A DNA stretch of 64,000 nt from an uncultured Acidobacteriota bacterium (GCA_963757335.1 CAVWRJ010000017.1:75515-139514), one strand, 5' to 3'; positions 23,687 to 34,452 are shown, numbered from the stretch's first letter. Translations and numbers: made by a program. Notes: generated from the letters alone by a model not told the origin.

Positions 23687-26044
23687 ATGGAGCTCTACCG
23701 CCAGGCCACGAAACCTGCATCCATGCAGAGGAGCACCTCACTCGGCCGCTGGATGCCTTTCCTGCTCTTCGGCTTTGCCGCTCTGGCTGTCCAGATCAGG
23801 CCGGTGCAGGCGAGCGACGCCCCTCTTTTCTGCCTCTCCCCGGTAGAATTTGTTCTGGACCCCCGGGCGTCGATGCCCGACGGGCTCGCGGGGAAGCTCA
23901 CCCTCCGTCCCGTCGGGAGGGATGGGGAGCCGATCGTCGTCGATGCCCGGGTCGGTACCCCGGCGCGTACGGTGGTCCTCTGCTCGACGACCTGGGAAGT
24001 GACCCCGGAGTTTCCAGCGGTCTGGGGGCCCCGGCAGACGGTCGCTGCCAGCTCTGCCGGCGAGCCGGTCAAGAGTCGCCTCGCCCTCTGGCCGATGGGG
24101 AAAATCGCTGGCTCGGTGAAGCTCGCCGAGAAGGGCGGGCGGCCGCCGGGGACGATCCGGGTGACCACTCTCGCCCCGCGCGTTCGGAACCCTCCGCCGC
24201 AGCCGCCCCCTAAGGGGCAGATGGATTGCCCGGTCGATGCCAAGGGGCGATGGACCTGCTCGCTCCCTGCCGCCACCTACGATCTCGCCTTCACTGCCGA
24301 GGGTTTTTCGCCGGAGTACCGCTGGGGGCTCCAGGTGCTTCCCGGCAAGGTGGGAGAGGTGGGAGCCATAGAGCTGAAGCGCGGGGCCTCGGTGGCTGGC
24401 TGGGTTGCGGTGGAGGAGGGCGCGATCGATGCGGGATCCTGTCGCGCTCGCCTGACGCCTCTCCTCGGTCCGGGGAACGGAGGGCAAATCGCCGAGAAGA
24501 TCCAGCGGACGACGGTCGAGGCGCGGGTCGCGAAGGACGGATTCTTCCAATTCGGCGCCGTGCCCCCGGGCACCTATTCGCTCGAAGTTCGGCAGAAGGG
24601 ATTCGCCCCCGGCACCGTGCTGCCGATCGAGGTCTACCCCCGGTCGGAGACCCTGCTGCGCGAGCCGGTCACCCTGAAACGCCCCTTCCAGCTGGAGCTC
24701 GCGATCTCCCCCCCGCTCGACTGGCTCGACCACCGCTGGAAGGTCGAGGTTTCCCGCGTCTCCTCGACCGCGGGTACCTTCAGGGACGAGACGTACCACG
24801 GCCTGGCCGACGAGCAGGGACTGGTGACCGTGCCCGGGCAGGCGCCGGGCCGATTCATGTTGCATGTCTCGGATTCGCGGGACAATCGTCTCTTCGCCAA
24901 GATCTTGGAGCTGGGCCCTGCCGAGGCCCGGCAGACGATCGACCTCAAGCTTCTCACGGTCCGCGGCACGATCAAGCTCGGCACCGAACCGCTGGCGGCC
25001 ACGCTCTGGTTCGGCGGCCGTTTCGGCAGCTCGAACGTGGAGCTCGAGTCCGACTCGGAGGGAAAGTTCCATGGGGTCCTGCCGAAAGACGGCTGGTGGA
25101 TCGTCGACATCCATTCTCCTCTGCCGGCTTTCCAGCTACGGACGAGGGCCAAGGTCGAAACGGTCGGCCGCGAGCGCGGCACCGTCGACATCGTGCTCCC
25201 GGCGACCCACCTCTTCGGCAAGGTCGTCATGGACGACTCCGGCCAGCCGGCTCCCTCGGCCGACGTCAGCCTGAGCACCGATGCGGCGAGCATGTCGCAA
25301 CGGGCCGACGAGACGGGGAGCTTCGACTACCGCGGGCTCCCCGCGGGTACGGTCTATGCCGCCGCCTTGCTCTCCTCGGCGAAGGGGGAATGGACGAGCG
25401 ACCGGGTCGTCTTCTCGATCGGCGAGGGAGAGGACCACGGGCCGGTCGAGCTGCGGCTGCGCAAGACCCGGCAGATCTCCGGCCTCGTCCAGTCGCCCCG
25501 CGGCCCGGTGCCCGGAGCTGGGGTGGCCGTCGTCCCCTTCCGTCCCCTCGTGATGTTCGGCGACTCGGTCCGCACGGATCTGGATGGAACCTTCACCGGG
25601 AAGGTCCCGGCGATGATCGAGACCGCGGCGGCGGTCGTGAGCGCCCCCGGCTTTGCGCTGCGCGCCTTCGCCCTGTCCGTCGGCGAGGGTCCGCAAACTC
25701 TGAGTGTCAGCGAGGAAGGGGGGAGCCTCGAATTGCGGCTGCCGGAGAAATCGAGCGATGCGGAGAAGGAGGACAACGTCTCCCTCTGGATTTTCCAGAA
25801 CGGCCTCCCCGTCCCTCCGGATGCGCTCTACCGATGGGCGGTCGGTCACGGCAACTCGCCAGCTGAGCCGGGCAGGAATGTGACGATTCCGGCGGTCGCC
25901 CCGGGGGAGTACAGGGCCTGCACGGTTGCCCAGGCCGTCCTCGTCCAGTGGGAGGCCTCCGGCTGGGCCGCACCCCTGGCAACGTGCACCACGGGCCACC
26001 TGTCGACCGGCGGCACGCTTCGTCTCGACCTCTCCAAGCCCTGA
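23687..26044 (+). CDS. Secreted protein with tandem carboxypeptidase-regulatory-like (prealbumin-fold) domains
   Basis: Signal-like segment, repeated DGxFxFxxVPPGxYxLxV-type units (KDGFFQFGAVPPGTYSLEV, DETGSFDYRGLPAG, DLDGTFTGKVP). Confidence 0.75.
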   Translation: MELYRQATKPASMQRSTSLGRWMPFLLFGFAALAVQIRPVQASDAPLFCLSPVEFVLDPRASMPDGLAGKLTLRPVGRDGEPIVVDARVGTPARTVVLCSTTWEVTPEFPAVWGPRQTVAASSAGEPVKSRLALWPMGKIAGSVKLAEKGGRPPGTIRVTTLAPRVRNPPPQPPPKGQMDCPVDAKGRWTCSLPAATYDLAFTAEGFSPEYRWGLQVLPGKVGEVGAIELKRGASVAGWVAVEEGAIDAGSCRARLTPLLGPGNGGQIAEKIQRTTVEARVAKDGFFQFGAVPPGTYSLEVRQKGFAPGTVLPIEVYPRSETLLREPVTLKRPFQLELAISPPLDWLDHRWKVEVSRVSSTAGTFRDETYHGLADEQGLVTVPGQAPGRFMLHVSDSRDNRLFAKILELGPAEARQTIDLKLLTVRGTIKLGTEPLAATLWFGGRFGSSNVELESDSEGKFHGVLPKDGWWIVDIHSPLPAFQLRTRAKVETVGRERGTVDIVLPATHLFGKVVMDDSGQPAPSADVSLSTDAASMSQRADETGSFDYRGLPAGTVYAAALLSSAKGEWTSDRVVFSIGEGEDHGPVELRLRKTRQISGLVQSPRGPVPGAGVAVVPFRPLVMFGDSVRTDLDGTFTGKVPAMIETAAAVVSAPGFALRAFALSVGEGPQTLSVSEEGGSLELRLPEKSSDAEKEDNVSLWIFQNGLPVPPDALYRWAVGHGNSPAEPGRNVTIPAVAPGEYRACTVAQAVLVQWEASGWAAPLATCTTGHLSTGGTLRLDLSKP

Positions 26045-26133
26045 CGGTTCCGCGGGTTCACCGGAAGGCCGGGCCGTGGAGCGCGACCTGGTCGTCGATC
26101 GCCAGCCGGCAGGCTTCGAGGATGAAGTTGAGC

Positions 26134-26172
26134 GGCGGCGAGGGTCTGGGCGGAGATCCTGGGCCGCTGGCC
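26134..26172 (+). repeat. 39-bp direct repeat, copy 2
   Basis: Matches 23015..23053 with one mismatch. Confidence 0.85.
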
Positions 26173-26350
26173 CGGCAGACGGCGCCGATCTTTAGGCACC
26201 AGGGCATCCCCCGCGAGGCCCGCCGGCTCCACGCCTACTTCCGGCGGGCGCAGCACGATCCCCAGCTCCCCTTCGCCTCCTTCGCCCTCCCCAAGAGTTG
26301 AGCCTTCCCGAAACGGCTCGAAACCCCCTCGGGGTGCCTTCGGGGCGCCT

Positions 26351-26543
26351 CCAAAGCTCCACGGAACCTCGCTAAAGGTCCGCGGAGCGCCCCTAAAGCT
26401 CCGCGGACCGCCCCTAAAGCCCCGCGGAACGTCCCTAAAGCTCCGCGGACTGTCCCTAAAGCTCCACCGACGGTCCCTAAAGCTCCGCGAAACGTCCCTA
26501 AAGGTCCGCGAAACCTCCCTAAAGGTCCACGGAACGTCCCTAA
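26351..26543. repeat. Tandem array of 9 x 21-bp units (CTAAAG[C/G]TCC[G/A]CGGAACGTCC-like)
   Basis: Units start at 26351, 26372, 26393, 26414, 26435, 26456, 26477, 26498 and 26519. Confidence 0.92.
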
Positions 26544-26566
26544 CCGACTTTCGAGACCGGCAAAAA

Positions 26567-26776
26567 CAGTTTAGCGTGCCGGTATTTCAGTTTACCGAGG
26601 GCCGAAAGTAGTTTAGAGGCCTCCCATTTCAGTTTATCCAGCGACAAAAGGACTTTAGAGGCCGCGCATTTCAGTTTATCGAGAGCCGAAAGGAGTTTGG
26701 AGGCCGCACATTTCAGTTTATCGAGGGTCCTTCAGAGTTTAGGGAGACTTTTTCTGAGTTTAGAGAGGTTTGGGCC
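26567..26776. repeat. Tandem array of 10 x 21-bp units ([C/G]AGTTTA...) with a 42-bp higher-order period
   Basis: AGTTTA recurs every 21 bp. Units alternate between ...ATTT and ...AAAG endings. Confidence 0.88.
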
Positions 26777-27048
26777 CGCTTTTAAGTTTCCGCTCCTCGA
26801 TCCCGCTGCTCCCCTGCGCTCCACCTGCCCCCTCCGAGGGCGGGAGAAACCCGCCCGCCCTCGGCGGGAGTCGACCTTACGCTCGCGATCCCCTCACTGG
26901 CAACGGACGGTCGGGGCAGGGTAGCTTGAGCCCCGTTGCTGGAGGAGATGCCGGTGGACGGTGCCTTGTAACTGCCAGTCCGCGGCTGAGCCTACCCGGA
27001 AAGGCCTCTCCCGGAGCTCGGCCCCGGGAGAGGGGGAAGGGGCGCGAT

Positions 27049-27252
27049 CTAGCAGCTACAGGAAGCGAGACAGGCGGTATACGGCAGAGTGCAAGCCGGG
27101 CCTTGGCTGGCGCAATCGCAGCCGGTCGCGATGAAACATTCGCAACTGGTGTGAACCGAGTCGGTTCCGCCCACCGCCACGGAGAGCTCGTGGGCCTGGA
27201 GGTTCCGCAGGGTCTCTCGATGCAACTGGAGCTTCACTACACGTTTTCTCAT
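27049..27252 (-). CDS. Cys/Ser/Thr-rich RiPP precursor with a KLxLxRETLRxL leader and a double-glycine site (lanthipeptide-like)
   Basis: AAGGAG SD; MRKRVVKLQLHRETLRNLQAHELSVAVGG / TDSVHTSCECFIATGCDCASQGPACTLPYTACLASCSC (8 Cys and 10 Ser/Thr in a 38-aa core). Confidence 0.8.
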   Translation of the reverse strand: MRKRVVKLQLHRETLRNLQAHELSVAVGGTDSVHTSCECFIATGCDCASQGPACTLPYTACLASCSC

Positions 27253-27370
27253 CTACGCTTCTCCTTATAAAATCCCTCGGGAGAGAGGGCCCTGGAAGCA
27301 TAGGTGCACGGAGAGTCTAGCGAGAGCCCCCCGCCCCACCGGCCAGAAGCCTGTGATGTAGGCTTCGCGG

Positions 27371-28768
27371 ATGAACCTCCGACCCTTCGGCGCCGTCTTC
27401 TTCGCGGGTCTCCTCCTCGGGGTGGCGGGATGCGCCGTCGGCGCCGGCCGGGCCGCGCCGTCGATTCCCGCTCCCGCCCCGCTCGACCGTGCCGCGTGGG
27501 CGGCCCGGGCGCGGGCCGAGCTCCTCCATTCCTGGCAGGGGTACGAGCGCTATGCCTGGGGTCACGACGAGCTCCGGCCCGTGAGCCGGACCTTCCGCGA
27601 CTGGTATGGCGACTCTCTCCTGATGACCCCGGTGGACTCCCTGGACACCCTGCTCCTCTTGGGCGAGAAGGCGGAGGCGGAGAAGGCGAAGGCCCTGATC
27701 GTCGAGAGGCTCTCCTTCGACAAGGACATGGAGGTCCAGAACTTCGAGGTCACCATCCGGCTCCTGGGCGGCCTCCTCTCGGGCTACCAGAAGACCGGCG
27801 ACCGGCGCCTCTTGAATCTCGCCGAGGATCTCGGGACCCGCCTTCTCCCGGTCTTTAACTCCCCCACGGGCATGCCCTACCGGTTCGTCAACCTCAAAAC
27901 CGGGAAGACCCGCGACGCGCACTCGAACCCGGCCGAGATCGGCACCCTCCTCCTCGAATTCGGCACTCTGGCGAAGCTGACGGGCAAGCCGGTCTTCTAC
28001 GACAAGGCGAAAAGGGCCGTCGTCGAGCTCTACAAGCGGCGCTCGAAGATCGGCCTCGTGGGGGAGGAGATCGACGTCGAGACCGGCCAGTGGCTGAGCC
28101 CGGCCAGCCATGTGGGCGGCGGGATCGACTCCTACTACGAGTATCTCTTGAAGTCCGCGCGGCTCTTCGGCGACCAGGATCTCGCGGCGATGTGGAAGGA
28201 GAGCGTCCGGGCGATCAACCGGTACCTCGCCGACGAGGCCCCCACGGGTCTCTGGTACGGGCAGGTGGACCGGACGACGGGGGAGCGCACGGCGAGCGAG
28301 TTCGGCGCCCTCCACGCCTTCCTCCCTGCCGTCCTCGCCCTGGGCGGCGATCCCGGCGACCTCGGCCGCGCGCGGCGCCTGGAGGACTCGGCCTACAAGA
28401 TGTGGAACTTGAACGGCATCGAGCCCGAGGTCCTCGACTATCGGACGATGCAGGTGAAGGAGGCCGGCTACCCCCTGCGGCCCGAGATCGTCGAGTCCGC
28501 CTACTACCTTCACTGGTATACCAAGGACCCCCGCTACCTGGAGATGGGGCGGACCTTCTTCATGGGGCTCCTCGCGCACTGCCGGACGGAAGACGGCTAT
28601 ACGGTCTTGAAGGATGGGGTCACCAAGGAGAAGGGCGACCTCATGCCGAGCTACTTCCTGGCCGAGACCTTGAAGTACCTCTATCTCCTCTTCGCGCCGG
28701 ACGGGACCCTGGACCTGGGGAAGGTCGTCCTCAACACCGAGGCTCATCCGTTGCAGCGGACCTGGTAG
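27371..28768 (+). CDS. Glycoside hydrolase family 47 (alpha-1,2-mannosidase), probable lipoprotein
   Basis: YAWGHDELRP, VDSLDTL, FEVTIRLLGGLLS, DSYYEYLLK, LRPEIVES, SYFLAETLKYLYLLF, NTEAHP. Confidence 0.93.
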   Translation: MNLRPFGAVFFAGLLLGVAGCAVGAGRAAPSIPAPAPLDRAAWAARARAELLHSWQGYERYAWGHDELRPVSRTFRDWYGDSLLMTPVDSLDTLLLLGEKAEAEKAKALIVERLSFDKDMEVQNFEVTIRLLGGLLSGYQKTGDRRLLNLAEDLGTRLLPVFNSPTGMPYRFVNLKTGKTRDAHSNPAEIGTLLLEFGTLAKLTGKPVFYDKAKRAVVELYKRRSKIGLVGEEIDVETGQWLSPASHVGGGIDSYYEYLLKSARLFGDQDLAAMWKESVRAINRYLADEAPTGLWYGQVDRTTGERTASEFGALHAFLPAVLALGGDPGDLGRARRLEDSAYKMWNLNGIEPEVLDYRTMQVKEAGYPLRPEIVESAYYLHWYTKDPRYLEMGRTFFMGLLAHCRTEDGYTVLKDGVTKEKGDLMPSYFLAETLKYLYLLFAPDGTLDLGKVVLNTEAHPLQRTW

Positions 28769-28794
28769 AAACCCAAAGAGAACCGGAGACCCCC

Positions 28795-29259
28795 ATGCTA
28801 GAGAAACCCCAGATCACCCAAACCGACACCCAACTCGCCGCGGTCATCCGCTTCACCATCCCCAGAGAGGAGATCCGGCAGGTCATGGGGCCGGGTATCG
28901 CCGAGCTTTTGGCCACCGTCGCCGCGCAGGGATTGACCCCCTCCGGGCCGCTCTTTTCGCACCACTTGAGGATGGACCCGGGTACCTTCGATTTCGAGCT
29001 CGGCGTGCCGGTCCCGGCGCCGGTCTCCCCTGCCGGCCGGGTGCAGGCCGGCCAGTTGCCCGCTGCCAAGATCGTGCGGTCGGTCTACCACGGCCCCTAC
29101 GAGGGCCTCGGCGCCGCCTGGGGCGAGCTCGATGCCTGGCTCGCCGGGGAGGGGCTCACGGCGGCTCCGGACCTCTGGGAGTGCTACGTCGCCGGCCCGG
29201 AGTCGAGCCCCGACCCCGCCACCTGGCAGACGGAGCTCAACCGGCCGTTGCTTCGCTAG
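28795..29259 (+). CDS. GyrI-like small-molecule-binding protein
   Basis: ATG 28795; YHGPYEGLGAAW, WECYVAGP...WQTELNRP. Confidence 0.85.
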   Translation: MLEKPQITQTDTQLAAVIRFTIPREEIRQVMGPGIAELLATVAAQGLTPSGPLFSHHLRMDPGTFDFELGVPVPAPVSPAGRVQAGQLPAAKIVRSVYHGPYEGLGAAWGELDAWLAGEGLTAAPDLWECYVAGPESSPDPATWQTELNRPLLR

Positions 29260-29429
29260 AGTCGACCGGGCGGCGTTCCCCCCGGAATTCCCGCCTTGCC
29301 CTTGAGGTTGCGGGGGAGGTGGACGGTCCCTGGACTGGCATGCCACAATAGCCGGGCCCGTATCATCACTCCGGGCGCCCCGTTTTCATTCCGCAAACCC
29401 ACTCTCTTCGATTCGAGGAGGAGTCAACG

Positions 29430-30245
29430 ATGGCCCAGACTGCCGAAGCCGAGGTCGCCCAGCGCACCTTAGTCGTCTATGAAGTCAAGGATGGAGTCGC
29501 CTACCTGACCCTGGACGATCCCCCCGCCAACACCTACACCCACGAGATGATGCGGCAGTTGGATCTGGCGATTCTCCAGGCCCGCTTCGACAAGAACGTC
29601 TATGTCATCGTCCTCGCCGGCAAGGGGGAGAAGTTCTTCTGCGCCGGGGCCAACATCAACATGCTGAAGACCGCCGACCCCCACTTCAAGTACTACTTCT
29701 GCCTGCACGCCAACGAGACGCTCAACCGCCTGGAGCAGACCCCCAAGCTGGTCATCGCGGCACTCAAGGGGCACACCGTCGGCGGCGGCCTGGAGATCGC
29801 CATGGCGGCGGACCTCCTGATCGCCAAGCGCAATTCCGGCAAGGTCGGCCTGCCCGAAGTCAACCTGGGCGTTCTCCCCGGCACCGGCGGCACCCAGCGC
29901 CTGGCCCGCCGGGTGGGCAAGAACCTGGCGATCGACTTGATGGTCACCGGCCGGCTGATCTCCTTCGAGGAGGCCGAGAAGATCGGCATCGTCAACCAGA
30001 TCCTGGACGGCGACGACTTCATGGGCCAGATCCACGAGTACGCCAAGCAGTTCTGCCCGCCCAACCGGGCCTCCAAGGCCGTGGGCCGGATCAAGCGCGC
30101 CGTCCAGTCCGGCGCCGAGGTGCCGTTCGAGAGCGGTCTCGCCATCGAGCGCGAGCTGCAGCAGCAGCTCTTCGAGAGCTCGGACGCCAAGGAGGGGCTC
30201 GACGCCTACATCGGCAAGCGGACTCCGCAGTTCAAGGGGGTGTGA
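29430..30245 (+). CDS. Enoyl-CoA hydratase/isomerase family protein
   Basis: FFCAGANI, GHTVGGGLEIA, GLPEVNLGVLPGTGGTQRL. Confidence 0.92.
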   Translation: MAQTAEAEVAQRTLVVYEVKDGVAYLTLDDPPANTYTHEMMRQLDLAILQARFDKNVYVIVLAGKGEKFFCAGANINMLKTADPHFKYYFCLHANETLNRLEQTPKLVIAALKGHTVGGGLEIAMAADLLIAKRNSGKVGLPEVNLGVLPGTGGTQRLARRVGKNLAIDLMVTGRLISFEEAEKIGIVNQILDGDDFMGQIHEYAKQFCPPNRASKAVGRIKRAVQSGAEVPFESGLAIERELQQQLFESSDAKEGLDAYIGKRTPQFKGV

Positions 30246-30246
30246 C

Positions 30247-31734
30247 GTGGCGACCGCGGTGAGCACCGAGAAGAGCGCCGCTCAGGCGAAGGTCCCCCCC
30301 GCCAAGCTGTGGATCGGCGGACAGTGGACCGAGCCCGAGGGCGGCAAGACCTTCACCAGCGTCAACCCGGCGACCGAGGAGACGATCGGCGAGGTCGGCT
30401 CGGCTTCGGCCGGCGACGTCGACCGGGCGGTCGCGGCGGCCAAGGCTGCTCTCGAAGGCGACTGGGGCCGGAAGTATTCGGCCCGCGAGCGCGGCCGGAT
30501 GCTGTGGAAGATCGCCGACGCCCTGGAGGCCCGGATCGACGAGTTCGCGCTGCTCGAGACCCTCGACAACGGGAAGCCGATCTTCGAGTCGCGCTACGTC
30601 GACGTCCCGGCGGCGATCGACGCCCTGCGCTATTTCGCGGGCTGGGCGGACAAGGTGACCGGCGAGACCCTGCCGGTCTCCGGGCCCTTCGTCCTCGCCT
30701 ACACCCTGAGAGAGCCGGTGGGGGTGGTCGCCGCCATCACGCCGTGGAACTTCCCCTTGATCCAGGCCCTGTGGAAGATCGCCCCGGCGCTCGCCTGCGG
30801 CAACACGGTGATCCACAAGCCGGCCTCCTACACCCCGTTGACAGCGCTCAAGTTCGCCGAGCTGGCGAGCGAGGCCGGGCTGCCGCCGGGGGTTTTGAAC
30901 GTCCTGCCGGGCGGCGGTGCCGAGGTGGGGAACGCCCTCGTCCAGCACAAGGACGTCGCGAAGATCACCTTCACCGGCTCGACCGAGGTGGGGAAGGACA
31001 TCATGCGGGGGGCGGCGGCGACGATCAAGCGCCTGACCCTGGAGCTCGGCGGCAAGTCGCCGAACATCGTCTTCGCCGATGCCGACCTCGACGCGGCGGT
31101 CAAGGGGGCCTACACCGGCATCTTCTACGGCAAGGGCGAGGTCTGCGCCGCCGGCTCGCGGCTCTTCGTCGAGCGCTCGGTGCACGAGCAGCTGGTCTCA
31201 AAACTCGTCGAGCGCACCAAGAAGCTTTCGCCCGGCGATCCGCTCGACCCCAAGACCCGCCTCGGGGCTCTGGTCTCGGGCAAGCAGCGGGAGTCCGTCC
31301 TCTCCTATGTCGAAGCGGGGCGGAGCGAGGGGGCGGAGGTGGTGGCGGGCGGCGAGGCGGCGACGGTCGGCGGCAAGGGCTTCTTCATGCAGCCGACGAT
31401 CCTCGATGCCTGCCGGAACGACATGAAGGTCGCCCAGGAGGAGATCTTCGGCCCGGTTCTCGTCGTCATTCCGTTCGACGATGTGAAAGAGGCGGTCAAG
31501 CTCGCCAACGACTCGGTCTTCGGCCTCGCTGCCGGGGTCTGGACGCGCGACATCGGCAAGGCTCACCAGGTGGCCCGCGACCTCCAGGCGGGGACGGTGT
31601 GGATCAACCAGTACAACTGGTACGACTCCGGGGCCCCCTTCGGCGGCTATAAGCAGAGCGGCTTCGGAAGGGAGCTCGGCAAGCAGGCGCTCGAGTACTA
31701 CACCGAGTCGAAGACGGTTTTCGTGGGCAAGTAG
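30247..31734 (+). CDS. NAD-dependent aldehyde dehydrogenase
   Basis: ITPWNFP, FTGSTEVG, LELGGKSP, GEVCAAGSR, EEIFGPV, PFGGYKQSG. Confidence 0.95.
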   Translation: MATAVSTEKSAAQAKVPPAKLWIGGQWTEPEGGKTFTSVNPATEETIGEVGSASAGDVDRAVAAAKAALEGDWGRKYSARERGRMLWKIADALEARIDEFALLETLDNGKPIFESRYVDVPAAIDALRYFAGWADKVTGETLPVSGPFVLAYTLREPVGVVAAITPWNFPLIQALWKIAPALACGNTVIHKPASYTPLTALKFAELASEAGLPPGVLNVLPGGGAEVGNALVQHKDVAKITFTGSTEVGKDIMRGAAATIKRLTLELGGKSPNIVFADADLDAAVKGAYTGIFYGKGEVCAAGSRLFVERSVHEQLVSKLVERTKKLSPGDPLDPKTRLGALVSGKQRESVLSYVEAGRSEGAEVVAGGEAATVGGKGFFMQPTILDACRNDMKVAQEEIFGPVLVVIPFDDVKEAVKLANDSVFGLAAGVWTRDIGKAHQVARDLQAGTVWINQYNWYDSGAPFGGYKQSGFGRELGKQALEYYTESKTVFVGK

Positions 31735-31758
31735 CCGGCGCAGAGGATAGAGATAGAG

Positions 31759-32957
<1,199 letters not shown>

Positions 32958-32961
<4 letters not shown>

Positions 32962-33688
32962 ACCGGCCACTCCGCCGGCCGGATCGTCGTCGCCGCCGGT
33001 TTCGACGAGAAGGCGGCCCCGTACGTCGAGGCGCTCCGGGCGGTGGGCGTGCCGGCGGAGCGGATCGTCGTCCTCACCCCGGGGATGCGGCCGGGGGTCG
33101 CCACCGAGATCGTCGCCGGGGCGGCCGGGCTGGTCCTCTCCGGGGGAGCCGACATCGCCCCCGAACGCTATGGGGAGGCCCCGCGGGCCTCATGCCCGGC
33201 TGGAGGTCTACCCGGAGCGCGACGCCATGGAGTGGGAGCTCCTGGCAGCGGCGCACGATCGGCAGCTCCCGGTCTGGGGGGTCTGCCGCGGGCTCCAGGT
33301 GGTGAACGTCTTCCTGGGGGGCACGCTCTGGCAGGACCTCCCCACCCAGCTCCCGGGCCCGGTGCCGCACGAGGTCTCGACCACCCCCGACACCCTCGCC
33401 CACACGGTGCTCCCGGGCGCCGCCCCAGGCGCTCTGGCAGCGCGGCTCTCCCGCGAGACCCCGGTCGTCAACAGCCGCCATCACCAGGCGGTCAAGGATC
33501 TCGCCCCCGGTCTCTCGACGGCGGCCCTGTCGCCCGACGGCCTGGTCGAGGCGTTCGAGCTTACCGCTACGAGCGCGCGGGGCTGGTGGGTGCGGGCGGT
33601 GCAGTGGCACCCCGAGAATCTGGTCGCCATGACGCTCCACCGCGCCCTGTGGGCGGACTTCGTGCGCGCCACGGAGGAGGCGGCATGA
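32958..33688 (+). CDS. Peptidase C26 / gamma-glutamyl-gamma-aminobutyrate hydrolase family, two apparent frameshifts
   Basis: GLVLSGGADI (ORF 33043) followed by GVCRGLQ, VNSRHHQAV and VQWHPE (ORF 33170). Confidence 0.8.
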
Positions 33689-34452
33689 GCGACACCGTCC
33701 TCCTCGAACGCGCCGGGCGGACCGCCACCCTCACCCTCAACCGGCCGCCGCTCCACATCCTCGACCTCGCCACCCTCAACCGCCTGAACGAGGTGATCGC
33801 CCGGCTGGCGGTAGACCCCGATCTCCAGGTGGTCGTGCTCCGCGGGGCGGGCGAGCGCGCCTTCTCGGCCGGCGTCTCGGTCCAGGACCACACCCCCGAC
33901 AAGGTGCGGGAGATGCTCGACGGCCTCCACGGCGCCATCCGCGGTCTCCGCGACCTCCCGGCGGTCGCCGTCGCCGCGGTCCAGGGTCACTGCCTGGGCG
34001 GCGGGATGGAGCTCGCCCTCGGCTGCGATCTCGTGCTGGCGACCGACGACGCCCGCTTCGGCCAGCCCGAGATCGAGCTCGGCTGCTATCCGCCGGCCGC
34101 CGCGGCCCTCTACCCGCGCCTCCTCGGCACCGCGCGCACCCTGGAGCTGCTCCTCTCCGGCCGCACCCTCTCTTGCGAGGAGGCCGAACGGCTGGGGCTC
34201 GTCACCTGGCGGGTCGAGGCCGGCGGTCTCGATCTCGGGATCGCCCGGGTGCTCGCCGACCTGACGGCGAAGAGCGCCGCCGTCACCCGGCTGACCAAGC
34301 GGGCAGTCTCCGCCGGCCGCGACCTGCCCTTCGATGCCGCGATCGAGGAGACCGAGCAGATCTACCTGCAGGATCTCTGCGCCACCGCCGACATGGAGGA
34401 GGGCCTGACGGCGTTCCTCGAAAAGCGCAAGCCGGTCTGGCAGCACCGCTAA
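33685..34452 (+). CDS. Enoyl-CoA hydratase family (resembles cyclic dienoyl-CoA hydratases)
   Basis: ATG overlaps the upstream stop; LNRPPLHILD, FSAGVSVQDH, CLGGGMELA, FGQPEIELG. Confidence 0.88.
   Translation: MSDTVLLERAGRTATLTLNRPPLHILDLATLNRLNEVIARLAVDPDLQVVVLRGAGERAFSAGVSVQDHTPDKVREMLDGLHGAIRGLRDLPAVAVAAVQGHCLGGGMELALGCDLVLATDDARFGQPEIELGCYPPAAAALYPRLLGTARTLELLLSGRTLSCEEAERLGLVTWRVEAGGLDLGIARVLADLTAKSAAVTRLTKRAVSAGRDLPFDAAIEETEQIYLQDLCATADMEEGLTAFLEKRKPVWQHR

Noticed and set aside
26351-26776. CRISPR array
   Set aside because: Contiguous 21-bp units with no unique 30-40 bp spacers, and no cas genes in the window.
27049-27252. This peptide as the substrate of the 56-62 kb island enzymes
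   Set aside because: Its leader type differs and it lacks the shared 35-aa motif; the island has its own adjacent precursor.
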